Positions 39,041 to 52,901 are shown, numbered from the whole stretch's first letter. The stretch is DNA of 62,672 nucleotides, filler included, from Choristocarpus tenellus KU-1152 (GCA_964200185.2; 8 parts of 8 records of this genome joined end to end with filler, not necessarily neighbours in it), one strand, 5' to 3'. A program made the numbers and translations. The notes: generated by a model not told the origin, from the sequence alone.

Positions 39041-39760
39041 AGAATAGGAACACGATATTTTGTTGGTCTGAGATTGAGAAAACTTTCATCACATAGTACT
39101 GGACAGTTGTTTATTTGGCAAGTGTTTTTCCAACGGAACGTGAGCCATGAATCATACATTTCCGTCCCCTTCCATTACGACCTACCTTCCTCATTCTAGT
39201 ATCAAATCTCTTCTGAGCCACCTGTCACCACCACAACAACAGCAAGGAATAAATGCTTAGGTAGGTGTGGAATGAAGTCGATCTAGCTTTCCGAATTGTG
39301 TCTATGTTAGCCTAGAAGAGAGGATTGTGGTGATATGTTATCGATTACGTCCATGGGTGACTCCGATGAGGTGAAAATGCCATGATCAAGCATTTTTGGA
39401 ACCATTTCTAAACATTGACATCTACAATATAGAGTAAACATTGAATTTAGCAAATGTTTTCATTTGAACTGAAACAGGTCTTTAGTCTCTGAACATGATC
39501 TTTTTGGAAAGATAATAATTTTATTGATATTTTTAGGATTGAGGTTTTCGGAATAGGAACACAATGCTTTATTGACCCTTTTTGACATCTAGAAGAATCT
39601 CGATCACATATATCCCCACAATTGTTCGTTTGTCAAGTGTTTGAACGGAACTTGAGTCAAGAATCGTACACATCATCTCTTCGGTTCCAGTCTGACACTC
39701 CCTTCCCATTCAACCATAAGATCCCTTCTGCGCACCAGTCACCTCAACAACAAATGGGAC
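39041..39760. repeat. Diverged direct duplication (39041-39250 and 39550-39760)
   Basis: gaataggaacac..., caagtgttt..aacggaac.tgag.ca.gaatc.taca and cttctg.gc...gtcacc occur in both copies. Confidence 0.7.
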
Positions 39761-41250
39761 AGGTGCTGCAAGACAACATCTCTTTATCGACCTTTAATGC
39801 CAACTGAACACATGCTCGCGAATGACATAGTGGTAGACTACGGTACGGCTCATTTCAAAAGGTTCTCACCAGGAACAAAGTACCCTCTATAGTGGTTCCA
39901 GTACCTTCGCCCTCTAACAGCCGATTTCAAAAATTGAGGATGGAGCTTTTCATTGAGGATGGGCTTGACCCAAAATTGACTGGGATAAAGTGTCGATATG
40001 TTTCTTTTTGTACAGTACTGTCACTTCATAACCTTTGATGTAGACATCGAATTAAAAAAATAAAAGCATATTCGTGATGCCCATCATGAGACCCTCCAGA
40101 GTATAGGCTTCTTTTGTTTTTGCCCTTTTTTTTCTTTTTTTGAAGAAAGAGCGCTCATATTAGGGTTAGAACCCTGGATTGTGGGTCACCGAGAGTGGCA
40201 ACAGATGCACTATTACTTGATTAATGTGTAGGGTTTAGAGAGGAAAAAACCTCCCCACCACCCTTTCTTCCTGTGTGTTGGCGCAATCACTCTTTGAGCT
40301 CGGCAAGGATGTCCTCGTCGACGCCCAGAACAAAACGCCTCTAGTAGCGCCCTTGTCTCCCTCCCGTTTACTCACAGTTTCCGACCTGACCATCACATAT
40401 CCTGTTGCCATCTTGAGCGCCTTTTGACAGGATTCGTAGTCTTAGAGGCCTTAATATCACATTTCCTCGATTAGCACCAGAAATGGGCGTCATCCATGTT
40501 TCCTGGGCGGGTGATATTTTATCATCAAGGCGCAAGGACAAGGGAGGACAGGCTTGAGTTGATCGAAAATTGTGTTGATTTCTCGAATGAATGCAAGCTG
40601 GGAGAAAGGCTTAATCAACTTTATACGTCCAACCATAAGTCCACGAATAAGAGTAAATGTACGGCATCTTGCAAGAAATGGGAGACACCAAACCATCGGT
40701 GTGAAAATAGTCTCAATCTCACCTCCTCTTCTTCCCTGGCGTCCACGTCGATGGCTACCTCCACCTGCTTCGCAACCTCTTCTAATTAAGGGATTTGGTG
40801 GTATCGAAAAGTCTTCACGGCTGCCTTTGGTACGATCGCTTTCTCCTCCGACTTGAGAGCCCTTTCAACCTTCTTTCGGACTTCAGAGCCCTTGTACCCC
40901 AACCCCAACACCCTTCTTTCTCGTCTCCTTAAGCCAATTCAGGTCGCACAACTTCCAAACAGCCAGGGCCTGCTGCAACTGCCAACTACTAAGATATTCT
41001 ACAACCGGGTTTCCACTTAGATGTTTCCTGAGTACAATGGCATGCAGTCGCACTGCTCTCTTCCCCAATCTTCCCTTTGGGCGGCCACCCCGGTTCTCCC
41101 TTTGCCTGCAGTGACCAGGCTTCCCGACAACTTCGTCACTGTACCACCTGGTGATGGACTCGCCTCTCTCTTCCTGCTCTCCCAAGGTGGCAAATGTAAA
41201 AGCATCACCCAAATCATTCAAGAGAATAAAGGTGATAAACCCAGCGATAT

Positions 41251-41461
41251 TGCTTGATGTCTGTAGAGTGATTGATGAAAGCTAAGTGGGGCATGCAGGT
41301 CCCCATAAAATCATAAATATCTCCTTTTTATATGATAAATTTTCTCGTATAGCTAATCACTAGTAAAAGGTTCTGATAACTTAATCACCAATGATTGTTC
41401 TCTTACTCCATATACGGTTTACTGTAACTGTCCGATAGAGTTGGAAGAGTCTAATTGAACA
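41251..41461 (-). mobile_element. Probable 3' LTR of the adjacent Copia element
   Basis: On the minus strand the PPT AGGGAGGG (41462-41469) is followed directly by TGTTCAA; TATAAAA inside; likely end ...AAGCA. Confidence 0.65.
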
Positions 41462-41504
41462 CCCTCCCTAGCTCAATAACACTTGAGAACTGACGAGAAA
41501 ACAG

Positions 41505-43508
41505 TTATGGATTCTGGGAGGATATGGCTCCTGTGTTATCCTCATACACTACATAATGCGACCCAGTCCTATCAGGTTGCAAGAACTCCAACACACCTCG
41601 CAAAAATAACTCCTTCACACAGTCCCCTATGGCTGTGTACTCTGCCTCTGCAGTCGACTGTGCTATGACACATTGGGTCCTGAAAAGCCAAGGCAACTGC
41701 TGCTCCCCCCCACACATTGCTGCCCCCCCCGATACAGAATGACTGTCAAAGGACTCATTGGTAAAATCCGCATCAGCATAGGTCATCAAGTCCAATCGTG
41801 TGCATTTCCAGTAGGTTAGATCCATCTCTCGCGTCCCTTTGACATACTTGAGGATCTGGGTCACAGCTCTCCAATGTACTTGGCTCAACAGCTATTACTG
41901 CATTAGCCACATCTGGCCTGGTCATGTTGCTGACCCACATCAACCCTCCAACTGTCTCTCAGAAGGGACAATCCTTTGAGATATGTCCCCCTCCCTAATT
42001 CCAAGCTTTCTGGACGGGTCTACAGGGATGGGAGTGGTTGATTGAATAGAAAAACGTTCACACAAGTTGTCAATGTAGTTAGTCTGAGCAATGGAGAGGG
42101 TATCAGGCTCAAAATCTCTAGTGTAAGTGCAACCAGAAAACTGAGACAACAAGCCAAGGTTTTTGGTGGTGAACTCTTCATTCAGGGAAGCACAAAGATC
42201 ATTGCAATCATTACCAGACGCCAAAACCATCGTATCATCTACATGAACGGCAAGGATCATCTTGATGACACCATCCCTTCTGAGTCTAAATATACACGGG
42301 TCAATCAGACACTGCTCAAAACCATTGCGCTTAAGGGAGGAAACCAGCTTGGTATTCCAAGTCCTAGAGGCTTGCTTTTTACAGGGACCTGTGAAGGCGT
42401 ATGGTCGTATAAGAGAGACCTCCACATCCCTGTCGGAGACGAATGTACACTTCCTCATCCAAGTCAGATTGAACAAATGCCTGCTCCACAAAGTCAAGTC
42501 CAACTCACATGTCATACTTGCCATTGGTCTCACTGATGAGGGGGAAGGAGTGGGGGCAGAGGTCTCGAACTAATCAAGACTATGCTCCTGAACAAAACCC
42601 TGGGCAGCTAACGTAGTCTTAGCCCCATTAAACATTCCAAACGGGTCACTCTTCCACTTGAATACCCACTTGGAACCAATGGCCTTACGACCGAGAGGTA
42701 CATTCTGCAGTACTGAAGGTACCTGTGTCCAACAAACCATGAAACTCCTTAGACATGGCCTCTTCCCATACCGGCCAGTATTCAGACTTTTGGGCCTCAG
42801 CATAAGATTGAGGGGCTGGTCCCAACTCAGAAACAAGACAACCATGCAGGGGGGTACTCATCAATACTGACTCAGGGGTGGGCTGTACAGCTAAGACGTA
42901 AGCAGCATGTTGCCTCTCTACTTTAGCAATAAGAGACATCACATTGCCAACACCTGTACTACCTTCAGCTCTGGCACGAGTTTCCTGTGTAGTCCTACCC
43001 AACTCGATGGAAGGTTCACGGACTGGACTGGGAAGAAAGTCTTCCAGCTGGCGAGCTGCAGTACGGGCAGCTATTGGGTCAGCAACTGCCTGAGGTAAGT
43101 GCTGTGAACTCGAGGATGAGACATGTCCTACACTCTCTTCACCATCTCGGGTGGTGCCTCTGGACAGACTCATATCAACCTGACCTCCTTCGCCATCACC
43201 AGGGGAAGGATCAACAGCCAGATCCTTGACAATCTCGCCTATGCTCCTTTCACCAGGGGGAGGATCATTAGTCAAACTCTATCCTATGTTACCAAAGGAC
43301 AGCCTCTCACCTAGAACTAACCTGTCCTCAGTTCCGTCGCTACAAGAAGAGTCATCAGAGAGGGATGCAGCGGAGGACCGAGATGGACAAATCGATTGTA
43401 CATCTAATGGTGAATCACCTGCTTTGGGATGGGGGAGCTCGTCCTCAGAACGAGGGTCTGCATCAAGCGCCCCCCCCCCCCCCGTGGGAAAGGAGGGGGA
43501 ACCACCCC
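41505..43508 (-). mobile_element. Ty1/Copia RT plus RNase H pseudogene
   Basis: KAIGSKWVFKWK, KQASRTWN, DPCIF, LAVHVDD, HWRAVTQILKYVKGT, YADADF, AQSTAEAEY, YEDNTGAI; frameshifted. Confidence 0.95.
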
Positions 43509-43689
43509 NNNNNNNNNNNNNNNNNNNNNNNNNNNNNNNNNNNNNNNNNNNNTTAATTAATTAANNNNNNNNNNNNNNNNNNNNNNNNNNNNNNNNNNNN
43601 NNNNNNNNTGTTGGGATAGAGTGTCAGGAGAAAGAAAAGAAAAAAATAGGGAAAGAGGGGTGGGGGGGGGGGGGGGGGGGGACATACTT

Positions 43690-43900
43690 TTGTTGTCCAG
43701 CAAATGCTCGAGCCCGTTTGCTCTGTACCCCCCATTGTTGTGGACAAATCCTTGGGGCCATTTGCTCTGTAGCATCTGTTGTCCAAGACACTGCTCTGGG
43801 CCGTTTGATCTGTAATACCTGTTATTCGGTAAACCCTTGAGGCAACTCGTTCCATTGTGTCCGTTGTCCACGGCAGTGATCATATCCGTTTGGTCCATAT
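43690..43900. repeat. Degenerate about 43-bp minisatellite (5 units)
   Basis: TGTTGT-like unit starts at about 43691, 43736, 43777, 43820 and 43863, most followed by CC(G/A)TTTG.TCTGTA. Confidence 0.75.
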
Positions 43901-44433
43901 GTAGTTCCCGGTGGTTGACCAGGCATAATGCTTGGTGTGTGTAACTCTAAAATGTCATGTTATATAAGCGTTGAGTGTTCTGAGGTGTGAGAGTGGTGGA
44001 CAGTTAATTGCTGTAATTGTTTTTTTCATTTTTTTTTTTTTCTTGGACTGTGAGACCGCTTGCCCATTCAAGTCGATTGATTGGTTGGTTTCTGGTCTTC
44101 CGATGATAGGCTTTTATTCATTTTTTGTTGTGATAGAGCTTTTCGTTGCCTTTCTTTCTATGTTTCAGATTTAGGACCTTGTCAATCAAATGTGTATGGT
44201 ATGGGTTAGAATATTATGTTGTGACTAGGGTATCATTGCTGGGTTGACAATTCTTTTGGACACATGGGACTCAATCCATGGCATCTATGGGTGCTGAATC
44301 AGCATCTAGACTATTGCTGTATGTGGAGGAAAGTTCAGGGCATCACAATACGCTCACTCTGTTGGTGTGATTCTATGGGTGCCTTCAATCTCCCCCTGCC
44401 CCCCTGGCCCTATCCGCAACCGTTGTCAATACA

Positions 44434-47400
44434 GGCCCTTGCTGCCAGTGTAGCAGTGATAACCTCAAGTGTGAACAGGGATAAGCACAAAACGTCAGAA
44501 GCAGCAGTTTCAGGCAGTGCAAGTTTTGGCCAAGCAACACCCCTGTCTGTTGGAGGAGGAGCGGACCCACACAGCGCAAAACCTTGGGCAGGCGGTGCAG
44601 GAGGGGGGGAAGCAAGGGAGGGAATGGGAGGAGGTACCAGTGCTGAGGGCAGGGGGGATGCTGGATCAGGATGGGATGATGGTGTCTTTTGGTCAGATAT
44701 GGAGGCGGTGTTAGTGTGCTCCCTTGGTACTCTGCAAGCCTGCAGTGGCTGCGTAAATTGGTCTTCTTATGCTGGACACAGTGGGGGGATTGCCTATGCT
44801 CGTCTGTTGGCCCTGGTGTTGCGACTGCTTTGCCCGGCAGTGGGGGGAGGGGCAGGGGAGGGGACAGGGGAAGGGGCAGGGGGAGGAGGTGTAGAGGGAA
44901 GGGAGGGTTATGACAGGCAAGAACAGGTCACAGAGGGAGGAGAAACTGTGGAGAACTGGAGGAAGACTGCTGCTGGTGGGAGGGGGGCAGCAGGGATAGG
45001 TAGTGACCTCAGACTGGACTGGGCCCGCTTAGAGCTTGCCCAGGTATGTCGCTGGGTTTCATGTCAGAGTGGAGGGAGGGGTTGGTTTTAGGGTAGGAAG
45101 GCAAAGAATGTAAGCCCTATTAGAAATGTTCAAGACCAGCGAAATTTCTGGTATTTGTTTTGACAAGTAGGATATCTGATGTATCTTTTATGCTCGTTTC
45201 CTGTTGGCCCGTGTAGTAGTCTTTCATGCTTTTATTCCTGTGAAGAAATAATCATAACATGTTAATGAACACCTTATATATACTCCAAAGTTTATATGCG
45301 TGGACTACAAAATTTATGTTTTTAAAGGTTAAATGCATCTATTTTACAGCTGTGGGATGTATCTACTGCAATGAAAGAGTCCGACTTGAGACGTCTTCAC
45401 ACTTCAATTTTTTTGTTATGGATGTGGTGCCCAGTGGAGTTTGGAGTTTGAGCAGGGGGATGATACGTTGCCCTGTTTGTGTATTGTGTGAGTCATGGGG
45501 TGGATTGTTCTTTTATTTGGCAGAGAGTGGATAGTGTTTATAGGGGTATCTTTGGGGGGAGGGGGGCAGATGTGTCATTTTGCTCATTTTTGAGGGTGAT
45601 GGGTTGACGCTTTGTTGTTTTTGGTGCTCTATACTTCCTGGTGAACAAAACACATTAGTTTTATGATCTGTGTCTCCCAATCTCTCTACCTTTTGTATTC
45701 ATCCTGTCTCATTTGAGAAGCACATTCAAATATTGAAATCTCATCTTTTGAGTCTTTGTGTTTGAGAGAGAAAGAGAGTGTGTGGGTTTAATGCCTAGAT
45801 TAGGGTTGGGTGGGGGTCTGATTGTTTGCCATGAGAAAAGTACTTAGGCTAAAGCAACAGCCGAAATTAGATGAAGATTTTTTTGGCTGCCAATTTTTTT
45901 TCTTAGGCAGATGTATAAAGTAAATGTAAGGAGTCCTTGCGTTTGGTTAGTTGCGTGGTTGGAGAGAAGGAGATAAGGAGATAATCTTTTCCTTCAAATG
46001 ATCGTTTGGTTTGGTTCTTTTGCACAGAATGAGTACTATTATATTATTATCACTTTCAAAAATATATATTGTTATTTTTTCTTTGACTTTTCTGTGATTG
46101 ATGTACTATGAAATGTGGATCTGTGCGGATTCTATAACCCTTGTGGGCAGGTGGTGGAGGACTTAGTGGAGTGGAAACTAAGGGAGGGAGTTCCAGGGAG
46201 GGATGTTCGTCTCCACTTGCTGCAGGTGATGCCTGCAGGACTGATGGAGAATCAGATTAATACACCTACACAAGTACTAGGAACTTATGTGCCTGTAGTA
46301 ATTTATGTGCTATAGTAAATAGACCACATTGCACGCATATACACACACGCACTCCTACAAACAGCATTGAAGTTATTTTGGGCCAAGAAACGTGAAGAAT
46401 TGAAAGTTGTGTAAAAAAAAAGAATCGCTGGGGCGATTTTTTGCTGTTATGTAAAACAAGCTGGTTAAGGAGCTGGTGCAAGATGGAGCTCTTGATATCA
46501 TGTGGGAGGTGCGTGTGGTCGGTGTGGTAGCCCACATCCCATACTGAGAGCCAGTAACCATGATGTGAACGCACGATGTGCGAAATGGCGAGAGGACGCA
46601 CGGTACAGAGGAGAGCTGGCAATAGGAATGGACTTGAGCCGGTTAGAGCTGGCTCTATCTGTGGGTTTTGCCAATTTTTTATTAGGATACATAAAGAAGA
46701 TTGAGATGAGTCATTGGTTCATGAGCTGTTACTGTTATGTATATATTTATTATATATATATATATATATATATATGTTTACATGCATGTCAAGCAGCATT
46801 ACGTTGTATAGCTATAAATCATAGCTGTTGGGGGGGGGTTGCTCTTGAGGCTGTGGTAAGTGTTTTAAAACAGGGGTCATGGTTTAGTGGGTGACACTGT
46901 ATATCAATGCTATAGACGACTCAAGTCAAATTTTGTGTACCATTCAGCTTGAAGAAACTGATTGAGGGGGGGGATGGGTTGACTGTTTAGAGTTTTTTAG
47001 CGGGGTTTTCACCTCTGTTGAAGAAAATGAAGACATACGAAAAAATGGCCTTGATAAGGATTGCCTGCTTCTGCAAACTGATCTTACTCACCATACAGCC
47101 CCAAGTGCATTCCACACCTGAGAAGCAACTGCTCCAATAACGCCTGTCGTCAGGAAGTCAGGGTGACCCCTAATGTCTAATGGTATCCCTAACACTATTG
47201 GTTACGTTGGGTTGTAGGTGGCAAGTATTGAAAAAATAGTACTGCTTTTCCCACAAAACAATTTTTAGTGCTCAGAAGTGGGAATTTTTTTTTGTGGTAG
47301 TGGAGTGGGCAGCATGTGAAAGAGACACACCCCCTATTTCAAATTGTGGTCTTGATATTGTGAAGAAACTGTTCAGTAATATTATTAATATATCGCATAT

Positions 47401-48493
47401 ATATTTATGTATACTTGTGGTCTTGTAGCAAAACTCATCCTATCCAAAGATGTACTGATACTTTTGTAGTGTGTCTCAGAGTATTTGACTGAAGCAATAT
47501 GTTGACTATTGGAAAAAATAAAAATTATGTCTGTTGGAAAAACTTGCTTCAATTTGACCAAATATATACACATAAATGAAATGTATAGCATGTAGTGTGC
47601 TTTTGCTAAACTATCCTCTTTTTGTTCTTGGAGCCAAACATTATATGCACAATTTCTGCAGAAGCACTCACCTCATTGGCCAAATCACTGCCGCTATTGC
47701 CCCTTGAATTTTTTTGTTTTGAAGAGTGTGTGCTCGTACTTGGGGATTCTTTCGGCAGGTGGGAATGACATGATGACAGAAGATATGGCCATGGATCTCA
47801 TGTCAGTCCTTCAGGTGTGGTGCTTGTCAAGGGTGCATGTCTGTCTGTATGTATATGTCGTCTATAATATCTCTGCTCTTCATATTGTGAGTAACTCATA
47901 CATACATACATACATACATACATACACACATACACACATAAAAATATCTTTTGAAAAATAATTAAATTAATGAACATGTACAGGGTGAGCTCGCTGATCT
48001 TGAATCTTCACTTGAACCAGCTGAGCTTCGTCTTGGTGGTGGTGCTGCCGCTGCCGCCGCTGCATTGGCAGCAGGAGGTGAAAATGGAGGCGTTATCCCA
48101 TCCGGCAGTCGCGGGGATTCCTCAGCCAATCATGGAGGACCAACTTCGTCAGTTGTCCCCAATGAAGGTGCAACCGGGGGTGAGGGTGCAGCTGGGGGTG
48201 GAATTGGGGGGGGGGGGGGGGAGGGGGGGGGGGGGGGGGGGGGGGGGGGTGGGGGGGGGGAGGAGGGGGGGGGGGAGTGTCGGATCTGATGGCCCACCAG
48301 GTGGTTGTTGGTTGCCTAGTGAGACTTGCTCTTGGAATCAGGGGGGTGGCATTCTTGGTGCTGGAGGTGCTGGAGCAGGAGTGGGGGCGGGCACGGGCAA
48401 GAGATGGGCTTGGACAGGGTGTGGTGGGGCCTATGGAGGAGGCGGTGGCCAAGGTGGGAATGGATCTGCTGAGTGTTGTAAAGAGGGTTGGTG
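44434..48493 (+). CDS. Internal exons of a large gene, unknown product (possibly helical repeat)
   Basis: AG/GT-bounded open exons at about 44434-45043, 46151-46225, 46461-46508, 47758-47814 and 48075-48493; Gly-rich linkers; start and stop are outside the contig. Confidence 0.55.
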
Positions 48494-48682
48494 NNNNNNN
48501 NNNNNNNNNNNNNNNNNNNNNNNNNNNNNNNNNNNNNTTAATTAATTAANNNNNNNNNNNNNNNNNNNNNNNNNNNNNNNNNNNNNNNNNNNNGTATGAA
48601 GGGGATGATGAAGGGGTGTTCTTGGATGATTGTGGAGTGGTGTAGAGTGGTGTGGGGTTGAGTGGGGTTGAAGGGTGGGGTA

Positions 48683-48888
48683 GTGACTGGAAATCAGTGG
48701 CGAAAGGGGTCGCACTGGTTGGTCATCAGATAGGGGGGGTGACTGGAAATCAGTGGCAAAGGGGTCGCACTGGCTGGTCATCGGATGTGGGGGGTAACCG
48801 GAAATCAGTGGCGAAGGAGGTTCGCCCTGGTTGGTCATCAGAGGTGGACGGTGGCTGGAAATCAGTGGCGAAGAGGTCGCACTGGTTG
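48683..48888. repeat. About 56-bp tandem repeat (4 units)
   Basis: GTGACTGGAAATCAGTGGCGAAxGGGTCGCACTGGTTGGTCATC at about 48683, 48739, 48794 and 48851. Confidence 0.9.
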
Positions 48889-49160
48889 ATGACAAGGGTT
48901 GATAGAATGTGCGGAGGAAAGGAAATAGGGAGGAATACAAACATAGAAAAAAAATAATAATCCAGAATTCGTGAGCAAAACAAATAATTTAAAATCGTTG
49001 TGTTCTGGTAGGCCCCCCTCATGATCATGATAATACAAATAAAGAGGATCATCCTTAATCCAATCGCATCTTGGTTTACCTCCTCCAATCTCATTTTTTA
49101 AGAGACCCCAGAATAAAAGTGATAATCAAACTAATAAGAACATATTACTACCACTACTAC

Positions 49161-49486
49161 TGTGAATCGTGTGATTCTGTGGCGGCGTGGTTCACTCAGG
49201 TAAGAGGGTGGTGAAGAGAATCACCGGGAAAGACGGACCAGACGAACAAAGACGAACCATAACCAAGGGTATGAGGTTAAGGTTGGACAAATGCAAACTG
49301 AGGAGTGATGAGCATCATCATCAAAGATGGGGCTTCATCACCACAAGTCAAGACGTGAGAACAAAGTGGGTCTTCCATGTGTGACAACTCTGAATGACGA
49401 GCTGTCCCAAGTCTGTGGGATTGGTCATGTGAAGAGATTCAACAGTATAACGGTATATGGCATACGGCAATAACGGTATAACAACA
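49161..49486. mobile_element. Solo LTR, inverted copy with an internal deletion
   Basis: Reverse complement of 38145-38532. Confidence 0.8.
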
Positions 49487-49834
49487 GACAAATATGCTTT
49501 CCACACTACTAACGATTATTATTGGGGGGTTTTGAGGGCACTATCATTAATGTAATACTATTTCCTACTACTCTTGTAGTATGTATGTACTAATGATTGA
49601 GTAGATGCTAATATTATTATGCTTAGATATGTGGTATGTAGTAATGATAGAGTTTTCATTGGTTTCCCCCTGACACATCTGCAAAATGTCAGAGGGCATA
49701 ATAATAAAAAGTAGAGTAGTTGCTAATATTATTATGCATATTATAGTGATTATTACGAATATTATGATTCCTATGGTCATGATTATAATGATTCTCATCA
49801 TGTTGATTTTTATTTGATCATTGATATTATAATT

Positions 49835-49880
49835 GGCTCAAAGTATCTGGGGGGGGTGGCGGCTGTCCATTTGAGTACCC
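49835..49880. mobile_element. MITE family B left terminus
   Basis: GGCTCAAAGTATCTGGGGGGGGTGGCGGCTGTCCATTTG, as at 62604. Confidence 0.75.
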
Positions 49881-52261
49881 CTCGTTTACTTAACTCAATT
49901 ACCCCGACCACCATACTACTATACAAGTAGAGACCAAAAAATTCACTGGCGACCATCAAAGAAAAGTGTAAAGACTCCTTGTGTGTGTATTACGTACTAT
50001 CTGCTTGTGTACATTATATATTTTTTTTAAATAAAGTTCTATTGTTCTTTGAGTTCAAGGCATGTACACCATCTCAGCAGAATCGTGTGCAATCCTCTCC
50101 AGTCTGACTTGAACCGACTGGCTTCTCTTACCACACTCTATTTAACACTAGATATATATATGTGCAGCATTTTTTTTTTCAAAGAACACAACTGCGCCTG
50201 CAGTTTGGTCCACCTCTCTCCTGCTCAACAATAAATTACTTCAAAGTAGTCCAGTCCCTGAACAACAAGCAACGTCACAACCTCACACACTTTAAAAACA
50301 TTTAATCCATCACTACTTTTTGGGCGTATTTTGTAGATGCTGTCATCGTACATACATATCGTAGAACTGTCTTATTTCATTCATTGTGTATTAGGTGCTG
50401 TCTATGCATTAACACCCACACCCACATATACGTAAGTGCTGTGCCATCATCTCTCCCACCTTGCTTCCTATTGGCATATGATGCAGTAATGCTCAAGCAC
50501 ACGAACACATACATGAACCTAATATGCTGAATATTGTCAGCACCATGATACCATGAATAATCAACGCAGATCGAGGATGAACCAGTACATAATAAAATCA
50601 TGAAGCAAATTATCAACGGCAAATAGTATGCACATTAGCAACATGCCAGCACAGAACTGTGTGCGCATCGTCATAGTAGTAGCCATGTTGCCATCACCAA
50701 ACATTCCCGGACAACACACTCACAGTAGCACATCATCCAGACCGACCACACATGGGAAGACTACCAGCACCCTGTACACCCTTCGAACTGCTGGGACAGT
50801 CAACTATACCTATCCTGCCAGAGGTTGGTTGACCCAGGAGACTTTTCCCAGACCTTGAAGGGTGCACAGCCAAGTGACGGTTCAGAGTTGTTTGAATTAA
50901 GCGAGGGTGCTTTGTATGATAGACTCCTCCAGCTGTATCTGAAAACACTACTGGCAATGTGTATGTTACTGCCTAGTAGACCCAGAACTGTGCTAGTATT
51001 TCCTGAAATATTTCAAGGTGTTGACTTACCCCACATTCTCCTGATAAAGCACTCGACACCATCAACCTACATTCAAGTGTTAGCTCTTCTACTTTTCCAA
51101 GAGGTGGGCAATACCTCAGAGGTCCCTCTTGTTGTTTCAGGCGATTTTTTTTCTATATATTTTTCGCATCATACGTAGAGCTTTACTCTTATGTAGTAGA
51201 GTGCAAATGGTCGCACGCCTACATCCAACAAACAGTCAGCCAACACAACACTAATCTTGGAGAGAGGGCGGATGTCAACTTACACGAACACCATCAGCAA
51301 TATTTTAACTTCTTATCTTCTATCTTCTGTAATGCTCGAAGCTATGAGGCACGTAATTCTGTCACAAACGTATTATGCAACTTAATCGCACCACGTGCAC
51401 CTACGAAACACTTTACTCGAATGCCGTTGATCACGTGAAAGATCGTAACTATCTCAACTTCGAAATCCACAGCGTATACAACTCCTACTCTTCCCCAGAA
51501 GGTCTAATATTCTTTGTGTTATTCTGTATGAATTCATATACAGTAAATAATAAACATACCACACACACACATACTATGTGTATGTGCATCTATGTATAGG
51601 ACATACTATGTATACCTGTATCTGTGGAGGTAGACTGGGTGAAATAAAAAGTAGGAGATTCTCCTCGACACACACATTTCTTATAGTTTAGCGAGATCAT
51701 GAAGACCATCAATACTTACTTGCCTTTTGACACATGGGTTTATCAACTCCAGTAGTCCCCTTCTTGTTCTTGTCATTTACTAATATATACTAAAAAAGTA
51801 TCTTTCATGCATCACATCCTGCAGACAAGTACATCAAGCTTATACCCATCTCTAGGACGCATACACCCTTACACACTACCCCACAAAACAAATTCGCACA
51901 ATAGATGCTGCCATTGATAGGGTTCTAAGCCTTCACACTCTACATCATCAGACACCCACAGCAAGGCAGGTGGCTGCCTAGGCTTGACACTCTGATGCAC
52001 TACTGCCTATTTTGGTCGCCTGCGACAGAAAAACAATTTCTTACCGAGGTGAGCATGTCAGCAACGGCATCATTCCCCTAATATCACTCATACAGTTTTT
52101 GTTTGCCACCTCTACTGACCTACAGAAGAACCAACTATGTCTCTGAGTTTACACCACACACTTCATGGCGGTTTATACATCCCTGCAGCTGCGATATCAG
52201 AATCACTCATGGCGATACACTTAGCCTCTGGAGGCATTAACTACTAGCTCTATAAATTATC

Positions 52262-52264
<3 letters not shown>

Positions 52265-52311
<47 letters not shown>

Positions 52312-52314
52312 ACA
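52265..52314. repeat. (CA)n microsatellite
   Basis: Directly visible. Confidence 0.95.
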
Positions 52315-52901
52315 GAACAGCAGGAGGAATAAGCCCTCCCACGTAGTTCCCAACTCCAAAAATGAACCAGGTACTAATGTCAAAACATCCAACGGGTCAG
52401 GTTGGATAAACAACAAACAAAACGATGGACTTCCATAGACTTCCATATACTGGCCCTGGTGTGAACTATTCTATTGTGGTGATTAAATCCAAGCGCAGAG
52501 GGGTTACCCCTCCCCCCAAAACAAAACCCTTCCCACACACAACAACACGCATGCATAAATCAGGTCTGTAGCCAAGGTTAGCAAGATGTGTAGCTTTTTC
52601 AACACATACAACTCCACTGACAAAAAAAAGGTAAATGACCTACAGCGTAAAGGTAGTACCGAGCACAACGATTCGGAAGCTAAGCACATGCGGTAAAGTC
52701 CAACAAAGAGAGACCAGCATCGGGGCAGAAAGATGACCGGGCGCCGGTTGGGATGGGGAGGACAGAAAACCAATAGGATGAACAGGAGCTAACACTGGCA
52801 GACATCAGCCACTGAACAAAAAATCTACCTCCACTGCCTTCTTAATCACTAGTAAAACCCCACATGCATCCAGTGCCGCCTGCTACATCAGTAGAGGTGA
52901 A

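Noticed and set aside
40160-40216. tRNA/SINE-like B-box on the minus strand
   Set aside because: No cloverleaf or convincing A-box.
40490-41250. Minus-strand coding-like sequence next to the Copia LTR
   Set aside because: Interrupted by stops and no recognisable domain.
43690-48888. 43-bp and 56-bp arrays as CRISPR-like loci
   Set aside because: The inter-repeat parts are homologous rather than unique spacers, and no cas genes are present.
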